From Carcharhinus longimanus (lineage: Eukaryota), in the NCBI GenBank assembly GCA_030264375.1, contig JASCQW010000098.1, positions 56,706,785-56,770,784 of the forward strand: 64,000 nt of DNA, in the 5' to 3' direction. The notes under the pieces were generated by a model. That model searched no databases. It saw only the letters and a list, made by a program, of their open reading frames with translations, and was not told the DNA's origin. Of the stretch, positions 10,529-23,677 are shown piece by piece; the stretch's first letter is position 1; every line of letters begins with the position of its first letter. The position numbers were made by a program, and so were the translations under genes.

Positions 10529-12041
10529 AATGTGTCCATGTGGTATTTTTCAAGCTGAGCCAGGTATTTCTTTTTATCTGGCCCCTTTTTATCTGCTCAT
10601 CTTTTGCATATGATGGGGTATTGTTGTGTTGCCAGATTTGAACAGAAACCCTGAACATTAATCTCACTCAAAATTATGGTAGCGATATTCTTGCCATACA
10701 TGCCTGGCACTGAACGCGTTAGAGCAGTGCAGGGACAGAGAATCGCAGGTGAGTGTTTCAGCACATTCTGCACCAGCACAAAACTTTGTCAGTATCTTCC
10801 AACCCTACACTTCAAGATGTAATCCGCTTCCCACCCAGTAAGTTCATGGCTGGATTTTCCCTGCTCCTGGGATATTTTGACCTTTGGTCACAACTGGAAT
10901 CCTGTGTGAATCACTAGTGGTCTCTGCAAGTGGAGACCAGGTGTGATGGCCACAGCGGGTTGGCTTGGAGGCCATTCAGTTCCTTGGTGTTTGGGGACAT
11001 GACTGGGCATTGCCCATTTGGCAGTGCCAAGGAGGCTGGGGCATGAGGGGAGTGGAGCCTGAGGGGGCTGTGATATCAGGGTGCTGGGGCATGAGGGAGT
11101 TTCAAAGGTGGGGCATGAAGTGGGAGGGGTTTATGAGGGGGGCATGAAGTGNNNNNNNNNNNNNNNNNNNNNNNNNNNNNNNNNNNNNNNNNNNNNNNNN
11201 NNNNNNNNNNNNNNNNNNNNNNNNNNNNNNNNNNNNNNNNNNNNNNNNNNNNNNNNNNNNNNNNNNNNNNNNNNNNNNNNNNNNNNNNNNNNNNNNNNNN
11301 NNNNNNNNNNNNNNNNNNNNNNNNNNNNNNNNNNNNNNNNNNNNNNNNNNNNNNNNNNNNNNNNNNNNNNNNNNNNNNNNNNNNNNNNNNNNNNNNNNNN
11401 NNNNNNNNNNNNNNNNNNNNNNNNNNNNNNNNNNNNNNNNNNNNNNNNNNNNNNNNNNNNNNNNNNNNNNNNNNNNNNNNNNNNNNNNNNNNNNNNNNNN
11501 NNNNNNNNNNNNNNNNNNNNNNNNNNNNNNNNNNNNNNNNNNNNNNNNNNNNNNNNNNNNNNNNNNNNNNNNNNNNNNNNNNNNNNNNNNNNNNNNNNNN
11601 NNNNNNNNNNNNNNNNNNNNNNNNNNNNNNNNNNNNNNNNNNNNNNNNNNNNNNNNNNNNNNNNNNNNNNNNNNNNNNNNNNNNNNNNNNNNNNNNNNNN
11701 NNNNNNNNNNNNNNNNNNNNNNNNNNNNNNNNNNNNNNNNNNNNNNNNNNNNNNNNNNNNNNNNNNNNNNNNNNNNNNNNNNNNNNNNNNNNNNNNNNNN
11801 NNNNNNNNNNNNNNNNNNNNNNNNNNNNNNNNNNNNNNNNNNNNNNNNNNNNNNNNNNNNNNNNNNNNNNNNNNNNNNNNNNNNNNNNNNNNNNNNNNNN
11901 NNNNNNNNNNNNNNNNNNNNNNNNNNNNNNNNNNNNNNNNNNNNNNNNNNNNNNNNNNNNNNNNNNNNNNNNNNNNNNNNNNNNNNNNNNNNNNNNNNNN
12001 NNNNNNNNNNNNNNNNNNNNNNNNNNNNNNNNNNNNNNNNN

Positions 12042-12110
12042 TTGGACTTTAAGCTGGTGTTGTGGGATTTCTTTCTGTTTTACCCCAGTCTAATGCCAGC
12101 ATCTACACAT
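12042..12110 (+). mobile_element. Penelope-like family B 3' terminus
   Basis: TTGGACTTTAAGCTGGTGTTGTGGGATTTC..ACCCCAGTCTAATGCCAGCATCTACACATG matches the copies at 23522, 43254 and 59105. Confidence 0.7.
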
Positions 12111-12205
12111 GCCTCTTTGCCATCCAGATTACTTTAAGGAGCTGATTACAGCACCATATTTCAAATAATTTGATGTTTTATTTATTGCTAATACTCAATG
12201 TACAG

Positions 12206-12657
12206 CAATGCTTCCCAACCTTATGTATGTCATGGCACACTCTATACTGTAAAAAGAAATTGAGGCATAGGTTCTATTTTCTCTGTCTCCTTTCCTAACT
12301 GGGAGCTTGTTTTAACCTCTCCCTGTCTCTCTTGCTTTTTTCAGGGTTTTTGCACCCTTTATGAATTTGCGCTTTTTGTGGGTGCGCATGGGACTTTTTG
12401 TCTTCAGCTCAAAGTCCCATTGGTACATGGGCCCAACCAACATAAAAATCTAAACCATGCTGTTTCCCATTTACTGCGTGCACGGGAGGCCCAAGATTTT
12501 TCAGGTCTTGGAGGTGCCAACCTTAGAGGTGGAGATGAAGATTAGTGTTAGTTTAATTACATGAATTTTGAATCATGTTGAATCTTTTTTTCGCCACACA
12601 CTTGGGGGTGCTTCACAGCACATCTGTGTGCCACGGCACATTGGTTGGGAATTACTG
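12206..12657. mobile_element. hAT (Charlie-type) MITE
   Basis: TIRs CAATGCTTCCCAACC / GGTTGGGAATTACTG; subterminal GGCACAC motifs; degenerate 8-bp flanks ATGTACAG / CTCTACAC resemble the NTCTAGAN target. Confidence 0.65.
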
Positions 12658-13750
12658 CTCTACACCATGCAGGAGGGTAACCTTTATTAACAATTATTAT
12701 TAAAAATGCTTTACTTCATGTTTACTTCTGTCCATCCTGATGGCATTTAAATTTGTGGAAGCTTATTTTTATTATCCCAGTGGATTTTCAGTGGTCCAAA
12801 GCTCGCAACAAAATTAAACATTTTTCATTTTGTCAAAATGCTCTGTAATTTGTCACCATTGTGCACTTGCATAACTTACGTGTTCTCAATTGGCTCCCAA
12901 TTCTCCCACATTCTGTCTGACAGTAGTTTCTGCTTTATTATTGCCAATGAAATGTTCATCAATGGCTTGCTGTAGATTATTGACTTGTCTTCCTGCAAAG
13001 CTGGTTCAATTGAAGTTCATCTGTATCAATATCACATTGTGTGTCCCTGTTTGCCTATTAAAAGGATTATCCGAGCAGTAGGAGGATTCTGTCCTGAGCG
13101 GGAAAACAAAAATGAAAGGAACAGTTTTACTCTGCAAAAGCCTTCTTCTGGATATGAATCGCTGCCAATCAGAGCAAAGTTAGCAAGAGTCATTGTGAAT
13201 GTGTAGTCCACACCATCCCGGCTCTCAGAGACTGGATCATGTCATGAGGATTAAAATATTCAAAACTGAGGACAGAGGGGAATTCAGTTTTGAATCTCTG
13301 CTCTTCTGCAGCTTTACTGCACAACTTTAGCAGAGGACATCTCTCTCTTGTGCTAAATTGATCACCAACCATAACAGAGAATTTTATGACTAAGAGTTGA
13401 TTGTCGGCTGAATAGCTGTTGTTCCCTAAAAAAACAGTTAGTGATCTTGATAAACTCAAAGTCTGGTAGGAAGAGAGAGCTCCATAATACACTCGGGTGC
13501 AACCAGCACAGTAACGGTGACAAATTGCATCATATTTGGTTCATTGATTTTTTTTAAGTCTGACACAGCAATACTGAGATAGAATAGAGTCAGTAAAAGA
13601 CCAGAAATAATTTACCATCAAAAGAAGCTGTTGCTTTCACTCAAATTAAATCCAACAGGATGAAAAAATGGCTTTCTGCTGAGATTCGTTATTATCTATT
13701 CAGGTGCGGTTGAGATAGTAACTTCAACAGAGACAAAACAGCGTTTTATA

Positions 13751-14792
13751 AATAAAAACAGAAAATGCTGGATTAACACAACCGGTCTGGTAGTATCTGT
13801 GGAGAGAGAAACAGAATTAAGGTTTTGAGTCCACTGACCCTTCTACAGAACTGAAAAGAGATAGAAATTATATACTGGATGAAGTGGATAGAGTAGAATG
13901 GTACGTCAGTGATGAATTGGAGGTAAAGAGAGATTGACAAAGTCATCATGGAACATGCGACAGAGGGACTGCTAATGGTGCCATTACAGACTGAAGAATG
14001 TTAATAGTGGTAAAGGTAGGCTAGCAGAAAGTGCTAATAGGAAATAGGAGTCAGTGGAAGCAAAACCGAACAACAAGGGACAGTGACCGCATGGGGGAGG
14101 AGGGGGAGCGTGCTTGTGTTGGGACAGCCAGGGGAACCAAAAACAGAAAGCAAAAGGAGGCAATCAACAAGGATCAGAAAGTTTGCAACCTAAAATTGTT
14201 GAACTCAATATTGAGACCAAAAAGCTATAATGTGACGAGTCAGGAGGAGGCATAGTTCTTCCAGTTTATGTTCACTGGAGCATTACAACAGGCCAAGGAC
14301 AGACATGTAGGCATGAGAGTAATTTGAAAAGTCAAGTGGCCGGAAGGTTGGAATTATGCTTGCAGATGGAGCTTCCAATTTCCTCCCCTCTCCTGTCAGT
14401 TTCCCAGGCTTGTCCCAACACGATCTACCCCTCCCCGTTGTGAGCACTTGTTGTTCAGTTTTGCTCCCACTGAGCACTGCCTTTATTCCTATTAACAAAT
14501 TCTGCTATCCTACCTTCGCCAATATTAACATTCTTCAGCCTCTACCATTATTACAGTCCCTTTGTCTCATGTCAGTGACATCTTTGTCAATCTTGCCTTA
14601 GCTCCCACTTATCACTGACTTTCCATTCTGCCCACCCTCCTTTTCAAGTATATCACCTTTCAATCCCTTTTCAATTCTGTAGAAGGGCCAATTAACTCAT
14701 AATGCTAACTGTGTTTTTCTCCACAGGTGCTGCCAGACCTGTTGAGTATTTCCAGCACTTTTTGTTTTTATTTCAGATTTCCAGTATCTGCT
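13751..14792. mobile_element. Penelope-like element, family A: truncated, inverted copy with GIY-YIG endonuclease C-terminus
   Basis: Minus strand 14370-14190 gives SICKHNSNLPAT*LF / SHAYMSVLGLL*CSSEHKLEE / GLNIEFNNF; both ends are inverted family A termini. Confidence 0.8.
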
Positions 14793-15309
14793 TTCATTAA
14801 ATGCATCTATTTATATTATGTCTCTGCTTCTTGTATTGCAATTTAGTAGCTTAGATCTCTATGACCGAAATATAGCACATTGCTGCATTCCAAATTCATG
14901 ATTGTTTTCAAATATTGATTTTGGGCAGTCTGCAATATTGATCTGAAAAAAACCATTATTATCTGACGTGCAAGTAACTGACAAAATTATTTCTCAAGAA
15001 AAGAAAGTCAACTTTGCCATAACAGATTTTTGGTTGTGAGACCAAGTGTCAGACATCATATTCCTGGAGTACGGCAGTAATTGCATTTCTCAAGTACTGA
15101 ATTGGTTGTAAATCACTTTGGAACATTCTGGAAAACATTATATAATGCAAATTCATCCATCCTTTGAAGTGTATGAGTGTCGATAACTGGTAAAGGATCA
15201 TTTGGAATTTTGTTACTGTTCCATTTTCAATATCTGTTCATTTGTGAAGGGTCACATTCAACCATTAATATTGCTTATTTAAGTAACAGGTGGATTCTGT
15301 CATTATTAT

Positions 15310-15510
15310 ATACTGACATCTGGAACGCACTGCCCAGGAAGGTGATGGAAAGATGCAATAGCAAATTTCAAAAGGGAATTGGATTCAGACTTGAAAGGGA
15401 GAATTTTTTTTTCACGGGACGGAGAAAGGAAATGGCAGTAAAGGAGAATGGGACCAATTGGACATTGATGGGCTGAATGGCCTCCTTGTATTTTATATGA
15501 TTCTATACCA
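15310..15510 (+). mobile_element. CR1 3' end fragment
   Basis: TGGAACGCACTGCC..GATGGGCTGAATGGCCTCCTT..TATGATTCTAT. Confidence 0.7.
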
Positions 15511-15959
15511 CTTCCTCAGCTCTTTTTGAAACCAAGAGATTGAAAGGTGGTGTTCCCTGAAGGATGTGTACAGCTGCACTCTCACATAGGTTTTCTTTCT
15601 TTTAAATGGGACTTTTCAATCCTATAGACATTACTGCTAAGTCAATTTGAATGAAATTGCCGCACCATGAAAGCTAATAGTGAACATATCTCCATAATGC
15701 TGCCTTTAGGACCTATACAAATAAAAAAAACTACCATTTTATCAGAAGGATGCAATTTGTTTCTCTTTGAGTAGAAACCATAAATGAATTGTAAATCAGA
15801 GCTGGTGGATTATTGAATGTGCTGGCTTGAGGAGTGGCTTTTTGTTGTAGAATATACACAAATCCACAGCAGGCAGGTTTCCAGAAATGCAGATTTCTTT
15901 CAACCAGTTCTTCCATTTGTAGCACTCTGGATGCTTATGCTACCCTTGAGAACGTAGCT

Positions 15960-16256
15960 CCACAGTCGCACAGTGGCTAGCACTGCTGCCTCACAACACC
16001 AGAATCTAGGTTCAGATCCAGCTCGGGTGACTGTCTGTGTGGAGTTTGTACATTGTCTGCGTGGATTTTTCCGGGTGCTCCAGTTTCCTCCCACAGTTCA
16101 AAGGTGTGCAGGTTAGTGGCCAAGGTAAATTTTCCCTTAGGACTAGCAGGGTAAATATGTGGGGTTATGAGAATAGGGCCTGCCTGGAATTGTGGTCGGT
16201 GCAGACTTGATGGGCCAAATGGCCTCCTTCTTCACTGTAGGAATTCTGTGATTCTA
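15960..16256 (+). mobile_element. HE1/V-SINE, CR1-type tail (type I)
   Basis: tRNA head, V-domain, tail GATGGGCCAAATGGCCTCCTTC..CTGTAGGAATTCTGTGATTCTA. Confidence 0.9.
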
Positions 16257-16599
16257 CAAACTACTCAGGTAACAATTTTCATATGATGCAATGGTACAAC
16301 AGGATAAGGCAGGCATCCTTTTTCTATTATTAGTAGAAATATTGCAAAAGCCATATGGATCATGGAATTTCCCAAATCTTCTATTGTGACTTATCTCCTG
16401 TCACACCTCCACTCATTAGAAGCTCTTGTTACTATCAACATCATATGCCCGCAGAAAAAAGGGCAAGCACACACTCACAGCCAAAATCAACACTGGAGTA
16501 AACGTGACTGTACTACCAGCCAAGAATCCTGAAGGATATGTATCTGGATCATTGGCAGTCAATGACAGAATCTATGACAGATAAATTGGTACAATGGGT

Positions 16600-17212
16600 C
16601 ACTCATTGATTGCATAGGTATAATGGTATTGAAATGCTGCCATGGTAAGTCCGTGCACATGGAAACCACAAGTATTCAACTTGATGGACTCAAGTGGATC
16701 AGCAGTAGCAACATTACCCACATGTCTGGAACTCAGCATTGTGACCATATACAAGATCACCAAGTTCCCAATTGCAGCTGAAAAGACGAAGAATAAGCAC
16801 AATGAATAATTAGACCATAGTTGATAATAGATGTAGCCAGACAGATTCAATGCCATAGGGAGCTTCAGGGATGATGTAGTATTACACCTCAGAGATTATG
16901 CAATGTGGTTGATCAACCCTCCGAAAAAGTGCAGTGTCCATGTACAGGAGAAGCAACTGAGTGAATTGGATGACGTGGAGTAGTTCCATCATATGCACTA
17001 AAAAACAATGGTACCATTCGGGAATGTCTGAACTCAAAATGCCTAAATCTCACTCTGAAGAAGGACACACTTAAGATTTCAACATCAGAGGAATTACATC
17101 CCAAATTCATTGAAGCAAGGTTTTTCTCCCACATGGATGCCAAACAAGGATATTGATGATTTCACTTGGCAAATGGATCTGAAAAAATCATTACTTTCAG
17201 GATGTCATTCAT
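16600..17212 (+). pseudogene. Ty3/Gypsy pol relic (protease end to RT start)
   Basis: PDRFNAIGSFRDDVVLHLRD..INPPKKCSVHVQEK; SSIIYALKNNGTIRECLNSKCLNLTLK..EELHPKFIEARFFSHMDAKQGY**FHLA..ITFRMSF, matching Gypsy RT motifs IR.CLD.K.LN and FS.LDAK.GYW. Confidence 0.85.
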
Positions 17213-17449
17213 ACAACACACAACATACTCTTTATGAGGATATTGTAAGCTGAGGTGGAGTCACCTGACACACTGGTCAGAATCTTCTAGGTCCCATGGA
17301 CGCAGGGCTGAGCAGGAGCAAACTTAGAGCTTAGGGCATTCAGTAGATAGGGTAATGCTTTTCTGTATTCGTGACTTATCCAGAGTCACTGATCAGTGGT
17401 AGCGACTCCTCTCCAGGCAACGATAGGTAGTCAATAATGAGCAATTAAG

Positions 17450-18200
17450 ATCCAAATGAAGTGAACAGATTGCTGAGCCCAACAGTTCTATGGAGGGAAT
17501 CTCCCAGTAGCAGGCCAAAGGCTGTAATCTCCAATAATAGAACTGCAGATTATAAAACTGTACAAATAATTCCCCTGGAGAGGTTTCACCTCTGCTAATG
17601 TGGGCTTCATCTCTCTTCATTTTGTCAATTGTATGCATGATTCATAGGGTGCCTCCATTCTGAGGTGCCTTCATGCTTTCTTTGCTGCCTTAACAGTGCC
17701 CACCTTCTCTGATGAGGTGATGGCCTTCCTGTAACTGGATCTGCAGCTTTAGAATGACAGATGTGCCCAACTCCTGAAAATAAACAGAATATTTCACATA
17801 AGGTTCTCTGTTGAGGTTCAGGTGGAGCATTACTCCCTGAAAACCGTGGCAAATATGGCCTCCTATTGAGAAATCATCCCACTCTTCCATCAGCTTGTCC
17901 TGCTCTGTGTTACCTCTACTCACTCTCCCTGTCAAGCAGCAATTCAAGAGAGATGCAAACTATCGCAGCCATACCCGGCAACATGTGATTTGTACAGAAT
18001 CCTTGGAATCAGAACAAAGTCCGATAGCATGAGTCTTATCTTACTGTTGCTGAATTCATATTCAGCAGTACAAGTTTCAGAGAGGGTGGAAGATGAAGTA
18101 TTCAGCTGCAGTGCTGGCATCACTGACGTCACAATCCGTCCACCTCAGCACACTTAGGGCGGAAACACCTTGCGCACGTGCCAGCACCCTCAGTGAAATG
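17450..18200 (-). pseudogene. Probable Harbinger transposase relic, heavily decayed
   Basis: Scattered motifs in the expected order: RCFRPK..RQ*C, FQG, GFQGV, EAHIS; many frameshifts. Confidence 0.45.
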
Positions 18201-20029
18201 GCATCCAGTGGGGCTTGCTCCAGAGATGTGCATGTGGGCATCAGATCCTGTTACAGATGCAAAAAGGCACTGGCAGCATTGAAAAACTAAGCACCATAGA
18301 GCCAAATGTTGTGACAATAGAGTGAATGGAGTAGCCAGTTCTCCAACTCATTTGAAAAATCTACATTTTTCCACAAAAAGGATAACCAAAGAGCTAAATA
18401 GATTTAGCAAAGTGTTAGAAATCAGAGAAAATTTAAAAAAAAATACACCAAGCCATCATATCTTCCAGTGGGGGACAGACAGAAATGCAGCCAAGTGCTT
18501 AAATCACTGTCTCAGTGCAGCCATCTCAGCACAAGTTAATTACACCGCCTGGCTGAAGGAGGGAAAATGCTGCCAATATAAATGAAAAGCCTTTGCCTTG
18601 CATTTGGACTGAGGACAATGTTAGTCCCAATTCTGAAGGAATATGCTTCCCTCAGCCAGAACTGTCAATTGGTAGGAATTCGAGCAATTCCATTTATTGC
18701 ACTGAACTGAGGAGAAAAATGCAGAAAAACAACTCCGCTGAAACAGATGTGTGCAAAGGGCCATTCCAACATCATAGCAGATGGCATGAGAAGGATGCTG
18801 TCTGGAAGCCATTAATTAAGAATGAGATTAAGGTTATAGTCACCACAGATACTCATAAATTTTTAACAAATTTTCAACTGCAATCTACCTTTAAATGACA
18901 AATATTGGAAATTTGTTCCATTTCACATGTTTACATATATATCAAACTGGAGAACTGTTGTTTTGACTTGAAATGGCCTGAATGGGTCTTTTTGAGTTCT
19001 GAAAGCTGTGGTAGCACCCATTTCACTTCAGGTTCACCACATTCAGTGTAGCTACACATGTGGGCTGGAATTTTGGGTGGTGGGGCAGGGGTGGACATTT
19101 GAAATTCTGCTCTATAACTTCCTCCTGCCTCCGAGCACTTTCTCCCAGAGGTGGGGGGGCTTCTCGCAGCAGCAGCTACCTGCACAGTATCATCAGGTAG
19201 ACAATGAAGGCACTTACGGGGCAAACTGGATCCTATTTTTGGACAGAGTTGAGACTTGCATGATGGGTGTCTGGCTGTGTCCACTCTCCGATAAGTGAGA
19301 AGAGGTGGCCTCACATCAGGAGGTTCTGAACCTCTCAGGCTTTTGAAGACCATGTCAACAGCAAATAGCAAGGTTGCTCTCTGCCTGAATCACAGCTTTG
19401 CCATTGAGTTCTGAGTTGAGCAGAAATGGAATCGCTCTATGATTTCAGATGCTCCAGAAGTGCTCATTGCAGCCACAGTACCCCTCTGTCACACCATCAA
19501 CCCTCAGTGGCACTCCCACGGGGCTCACTGTGAGGGGCTGCCTACCTTCAGTGGAGTGGGCTGTAATGTTGTATGGTCTACTTGCAGCACCCTCCCACCA
19601 TCCCCAATTAGATGCTGAATTGGCCAACTTCTGTAAGATCACACTGGGGCACAGACATGACATACCATTGGGATCGATACTCAGTATTGGTCCTGATGTT
19701 GAATTCTCAGTGCTTGCAGGAAAATTCAGTCCCAGTGCAGCCTTTCAGCTATTTTGAATCTAGCATCAATGCCAAAGAGCAGAGAGCCATTTTGTACTAT
19801 TGTCCTACAAATGATATACTCACATTAATGATCGTATTTATCACTATCTTTCCTCTGTTGTAGCAGGTAGACAGCCCTGTGACTTCATTGCATAACGTTC
19901 ATGTTGCCGTAAGTGATTCACAGAATATGGAAAAAGGGTCCATTTTAATGTTATGTAAGTCAACATAAACAGATATACAACCAAATTAAACTCTTAAAGG
20001 TGGTGTCCACTTACAAAGTTAGATATAGA

Positions 20030-21351
20030 GGCTGCGATTCTCCCAAAAGTGCTGAATTAGCAGAAAAATTGTTCTAAATCCCAACTGTTTTGTCGGTTCA
20101 GCTTCTCACCTGAATCTCCGCATTCTGTGCACTGGAGAGGTCATGATGTGGAGATGCCGGTGTTAAACTAGGGTAAACACAGTAAGAAGTCTCACAACGC
20201 TACGTTAGTCCCAGTCGTGAATCTCATTAAAAACCCAGAAGGCTGGAGGCNNNNNNNNNNNNNNNNNNNNNNNNNNNNNNNNNNNNNNNNNNNNNNNNNN
20301 NNNNNNNNNNNNNNNNNNNNNNNNNNNNNNNNNNNNNNNNNNNNNNNNNNNNNNNNNNNNNNNNNNNNNNNNNNNNNNNNNNNNNNNNNNNNNNNNNNNN
20401 NNNNNNNNNNNNNNNNNNNNNNNNNNNNNNNNNNNNNNNNNNNNNNNNNNNNNNNNNNNNNNNNNNNNNNNNNNNNNNNNNNNNNNNNNNNNNNNNNNNN
20501 NNNNNNNNNNNNNNNNNNNNNNNNNNNNNNNNNNNNNNNNNNNNNNNNNNNNNNNNNNNNNNNNNNNNNNNNNNNNNNNNNNNNNNNNNNNNNNNNNNNN
20601 NNNNNNNNNNNNNNNNNNNNNNNNNNNNNNNNNNNNNNNNNNNNNNNNNNNNNNNNNNNNNNNNNNNNNNNNNNNNNNNNNNNNNNNNNNNNNNNNNNNN
20701 NNNNNNNNNNNNNNNNNNNNNNNNNNNNNNNNNNNNNNNNNNNNNNNNNNNNNNNNNNNNNNNNNNNNNNNNNNNNNNNNNNNNNNNNNNNNNNNNNNNN
20801 NNNNNNNNNNNNNNNNNNNATTGACCCAAGCCCCACCCACAATAGGCCCCCATCTCCACTGCTCGATGCCCAGTGGGCAGGGCCAAGTTGCCCCCTGGAC
20901 CTGGGCACATTGACTCTTGGGCAGTGCCAAGAGGCTGGCACTGCCAGAGTGCCCATGCCTAGGGGCACCACCCACCACCTGACCCCCTGGGGGGGCCCTG
21001 ATTGCCCCCTTCAGTCCAGTGAGGTCCCCCATTAGTTCCCCAAATGTGGGGAGCTAGTGTAAACCCCGCCAGAATGAAGTACTCCTGGAGGGGTGGGAGA
21101 TTAAATCGGGACTGGTAAGTTCCCAATAATTACCTCTAAAATACATTTAAAACATATTAAAAAAAGATTCAAATGACTTACCTGCCTTCCCGCCAGTTTC
21201 CAGTGTAGTCTGGCCTGCAAGTGTTCACCGGCTCTGGGAAATGCTCATGCGTTCCTGAGACATGCGCAAATCCCGAAACAAGGCCGGCGACGCACATCTC
21301 CCACCACGACCCACCAGAAAAGTTGCAGGTTGCGATGGGAGAATCGCAGCC
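20030..21351. mobile_element. Harbinger-type non-autonomous element with perfect 16-bp TIRs
   Basis: GGCTGCGATTCTCCCA / TGGGAGAATCGCAGCC, TSD AGA; homologous to 40577-41609. Confidence 0.9.
20143..20208 (-). mobile_element. Penelope-like family B terminus nested in the MITE
   Basis: ATGATGTGGAGATGCCGG..AAGAAGTCTCACAAC is absent from the paralogous MITE position at ~40640. Confidence 0.75.
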
Positions 21352-23607
21352 AGAATCAGGCCATCACTGCATTCACTGTACAAACCTATTCAATATAACA
21401 AAACTGTTTGGTACCTATTTCAACATCCTGATAAACTGAGTTCAGTTATCACACAAAAAATGACCTATTTTTAATCTGATGTTTTTTGAAAATCTCCATG
21501 TGGATCAGGAAGAGCAGAAGTGTTTCTTCTGGTTGGACAATAAAACCTTACACTATCACTGCACCATTCTGTTCTCCTAACCTCCCCCAGTTACGAATAG
21601 CCTCGACCACCGCATACCTTATCCAGCCAGGGATCATTTTCATCAGTCCCTACTGGTGTCTGACAATCGCTCAAATTCCCACTCCCACTCATTGGCCATG
21701 CTGAGCGATGGAAAACATAATGCTGCTTTATTTTGTCTGATGTATCTTCAATGTGAAGTGCTAAAATGCAAAATAAAATGTTCCCTGGAGCAAAAGATTG
21801 CCCATCTGATACTTTGAACATATACTACACAAATTCAGTATCTGTCCTGTTTTCCACATTTCTGTCATATCACCGTGCCACAGCTTTGACTATGCATGTT
21901 TCATACATACATGCTGTGTCTCATGGTTAAGTCCCACAGCCAGAATATTAACCAGAGATGAGGAAGTAGATGGTCACTTCATGCACTGTCTGTGTCTAAG
22001 AAGAAGGTTAAGTATATCCAATATAGTCACTGCAGGAATTCTCTATTCAATTGTCAAATTCAGAGAAGATGGGAAATGCATGGGTAAATTAGTGAGAGTT
22101 GCTGGGAATTGCTCTCTCCTGAATTAACTGATTATTCTCCAGAACACTGCACAGTGTCTGAATGTATTGATTGAGACCACCCTGGAGGGTAGTGAATCAC
22201 AATGGAATACAGTATAAAGAGCTTGTCTATTTACAGCATAACAGATTGGAATTAAAGAAACTTTGATCTCCTCTAGTCATCTTGCACAAAGGGGATTTAA
22301 AGAGACTGTACTCCTTTTATCTAATGAGTCTGTGAGTCCGTTTTGCTTGTTCTGAAAATCTGGTTAACCAGTCAGAACAGCGGGAGCTATTGCTTTAGAT
22401 ACATTAGTGATGGATAAGGTTTAAGAAATGATGATCAGGGAAAAAACTAACAGGCACTTAGAGAGATTTGAGTTAATTAGGGAAGGCCAGCATGGATTTG
22501 TAAATGGCAGATCATGTTTGGCTAATCTAATTGAATTTTTTGATTAAGTAACAGAGGAAGTTAATGAAGGGAATGCAATGGACAGTGCCTGTATGGATTT
22601 TTAAAAAAGTGCCAAAGTGTCACATAAATAGCTGGTTAACACAATCAAGGCTTGTGGAATACAAGTGTTAGTGTCAGCTTGGATAAATGGATTAGGGACA
22701 GAACTGAGCCAAGGTAAATGTTTTTTCCTGAAACAGGAGGCTGGTTGACAGTAGTGCTCACTGCTCGGATCAGTGCTTCATATGTATACATATATAGGTG
22801 TGTGTAACTTGGATTTTGGAATGCAAAGCAAAATTTGTTGATGGCGCCAAACTCAGGAGTATGACAAACAGTGTGGGTGATACCAATCAATAGGACAAAG
22901 GCAAGCTAGCAGAATGGACAGATAAACAGCAGATAGATTTTAATAAAGAGAAATGTGAGGATATGTGTTTTGGCAGAAAGGATAGGGAAATGCAATATGT
23001 ACTTAATGGCACAGGTTACACTTCTCAAGGACAGATAGACCTGGGGGTCCATGTGCATAGATCGAGAGAGTGGTTAGCAAAGCATATGACATCTTGAGTT
23101 TCACAAACAGAAACACTGAGAAGAAAAGCAGGAGGGGTTAATCAGAACATTTATAAAGCTCTGACTGAGCTACAATTGCAACATTTTGCCCAGCATAGTC
23201 AACACACTTCATTCAGCAGCCTTGAGAGGGTGTAGAGGAGATTTATGTGGATTATTCCGAGGATTAATTTAGCTTCAATGTAATGTTGGGAGAATCTAGG
23301 ATTGTCCTTCTTGGAGTAAAGAAGGGGAGCTTTAATAGTGGTGTACAAGATAATGACAGATTTAGATAAGATAGCTAAAGAAAAGCTGTCCCAATTAGCA
23401 AATTGTAGAAGTATAACACGGCACAGATTTCAGGTTTTGGGCAGTAGATATAGGTGGGACAAAAGGAAGAACCTTCTTTACACAGGTAATGGGCTGAGAC
23501 TTTCTGTTTAAGTGATTTGTGATACGGAGATGCTGACATTGAACTGGGGTGGGCACAGCAAGAAATCTCACAACACCAGGTTAAAGTCCAATAGGTTTAT
23601 TCGGCAG

Positions 23608-23639
23608 CACAAGCTTTCGGAACGCTCCTTCATCAGATG
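23608..23639 (-). ncRNA. Minimal type I hammerhead ribozyme motif
   Basis: cau CUGAUGA a gga-gcgu-ucc GAAA g CUU gug; palindromic AGCU stem III. Confidence 0.65.
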
Positions 23640-23642
23640 AGT

Positions 23643-23677
23643 CACCTGATGAAGGAGCAGTGCTCTGAAAGTTCATG
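23643..23677 (+). ncRNA. Minimal type I hammerhead ribozyme motif, partly decayed
   Basis: cac CUGAUGA a ggagc-agu-gcucu GAAA g UUC aug; core intact, stem I has a mismatch. Confidence 0.55.

Noticed and set aside
8830-12093. Long ORFs (100-323 aa) here and at 20192-21035, 58506-59183 and 60784-61347
   Set aside because: They are open only because they run through N gaps
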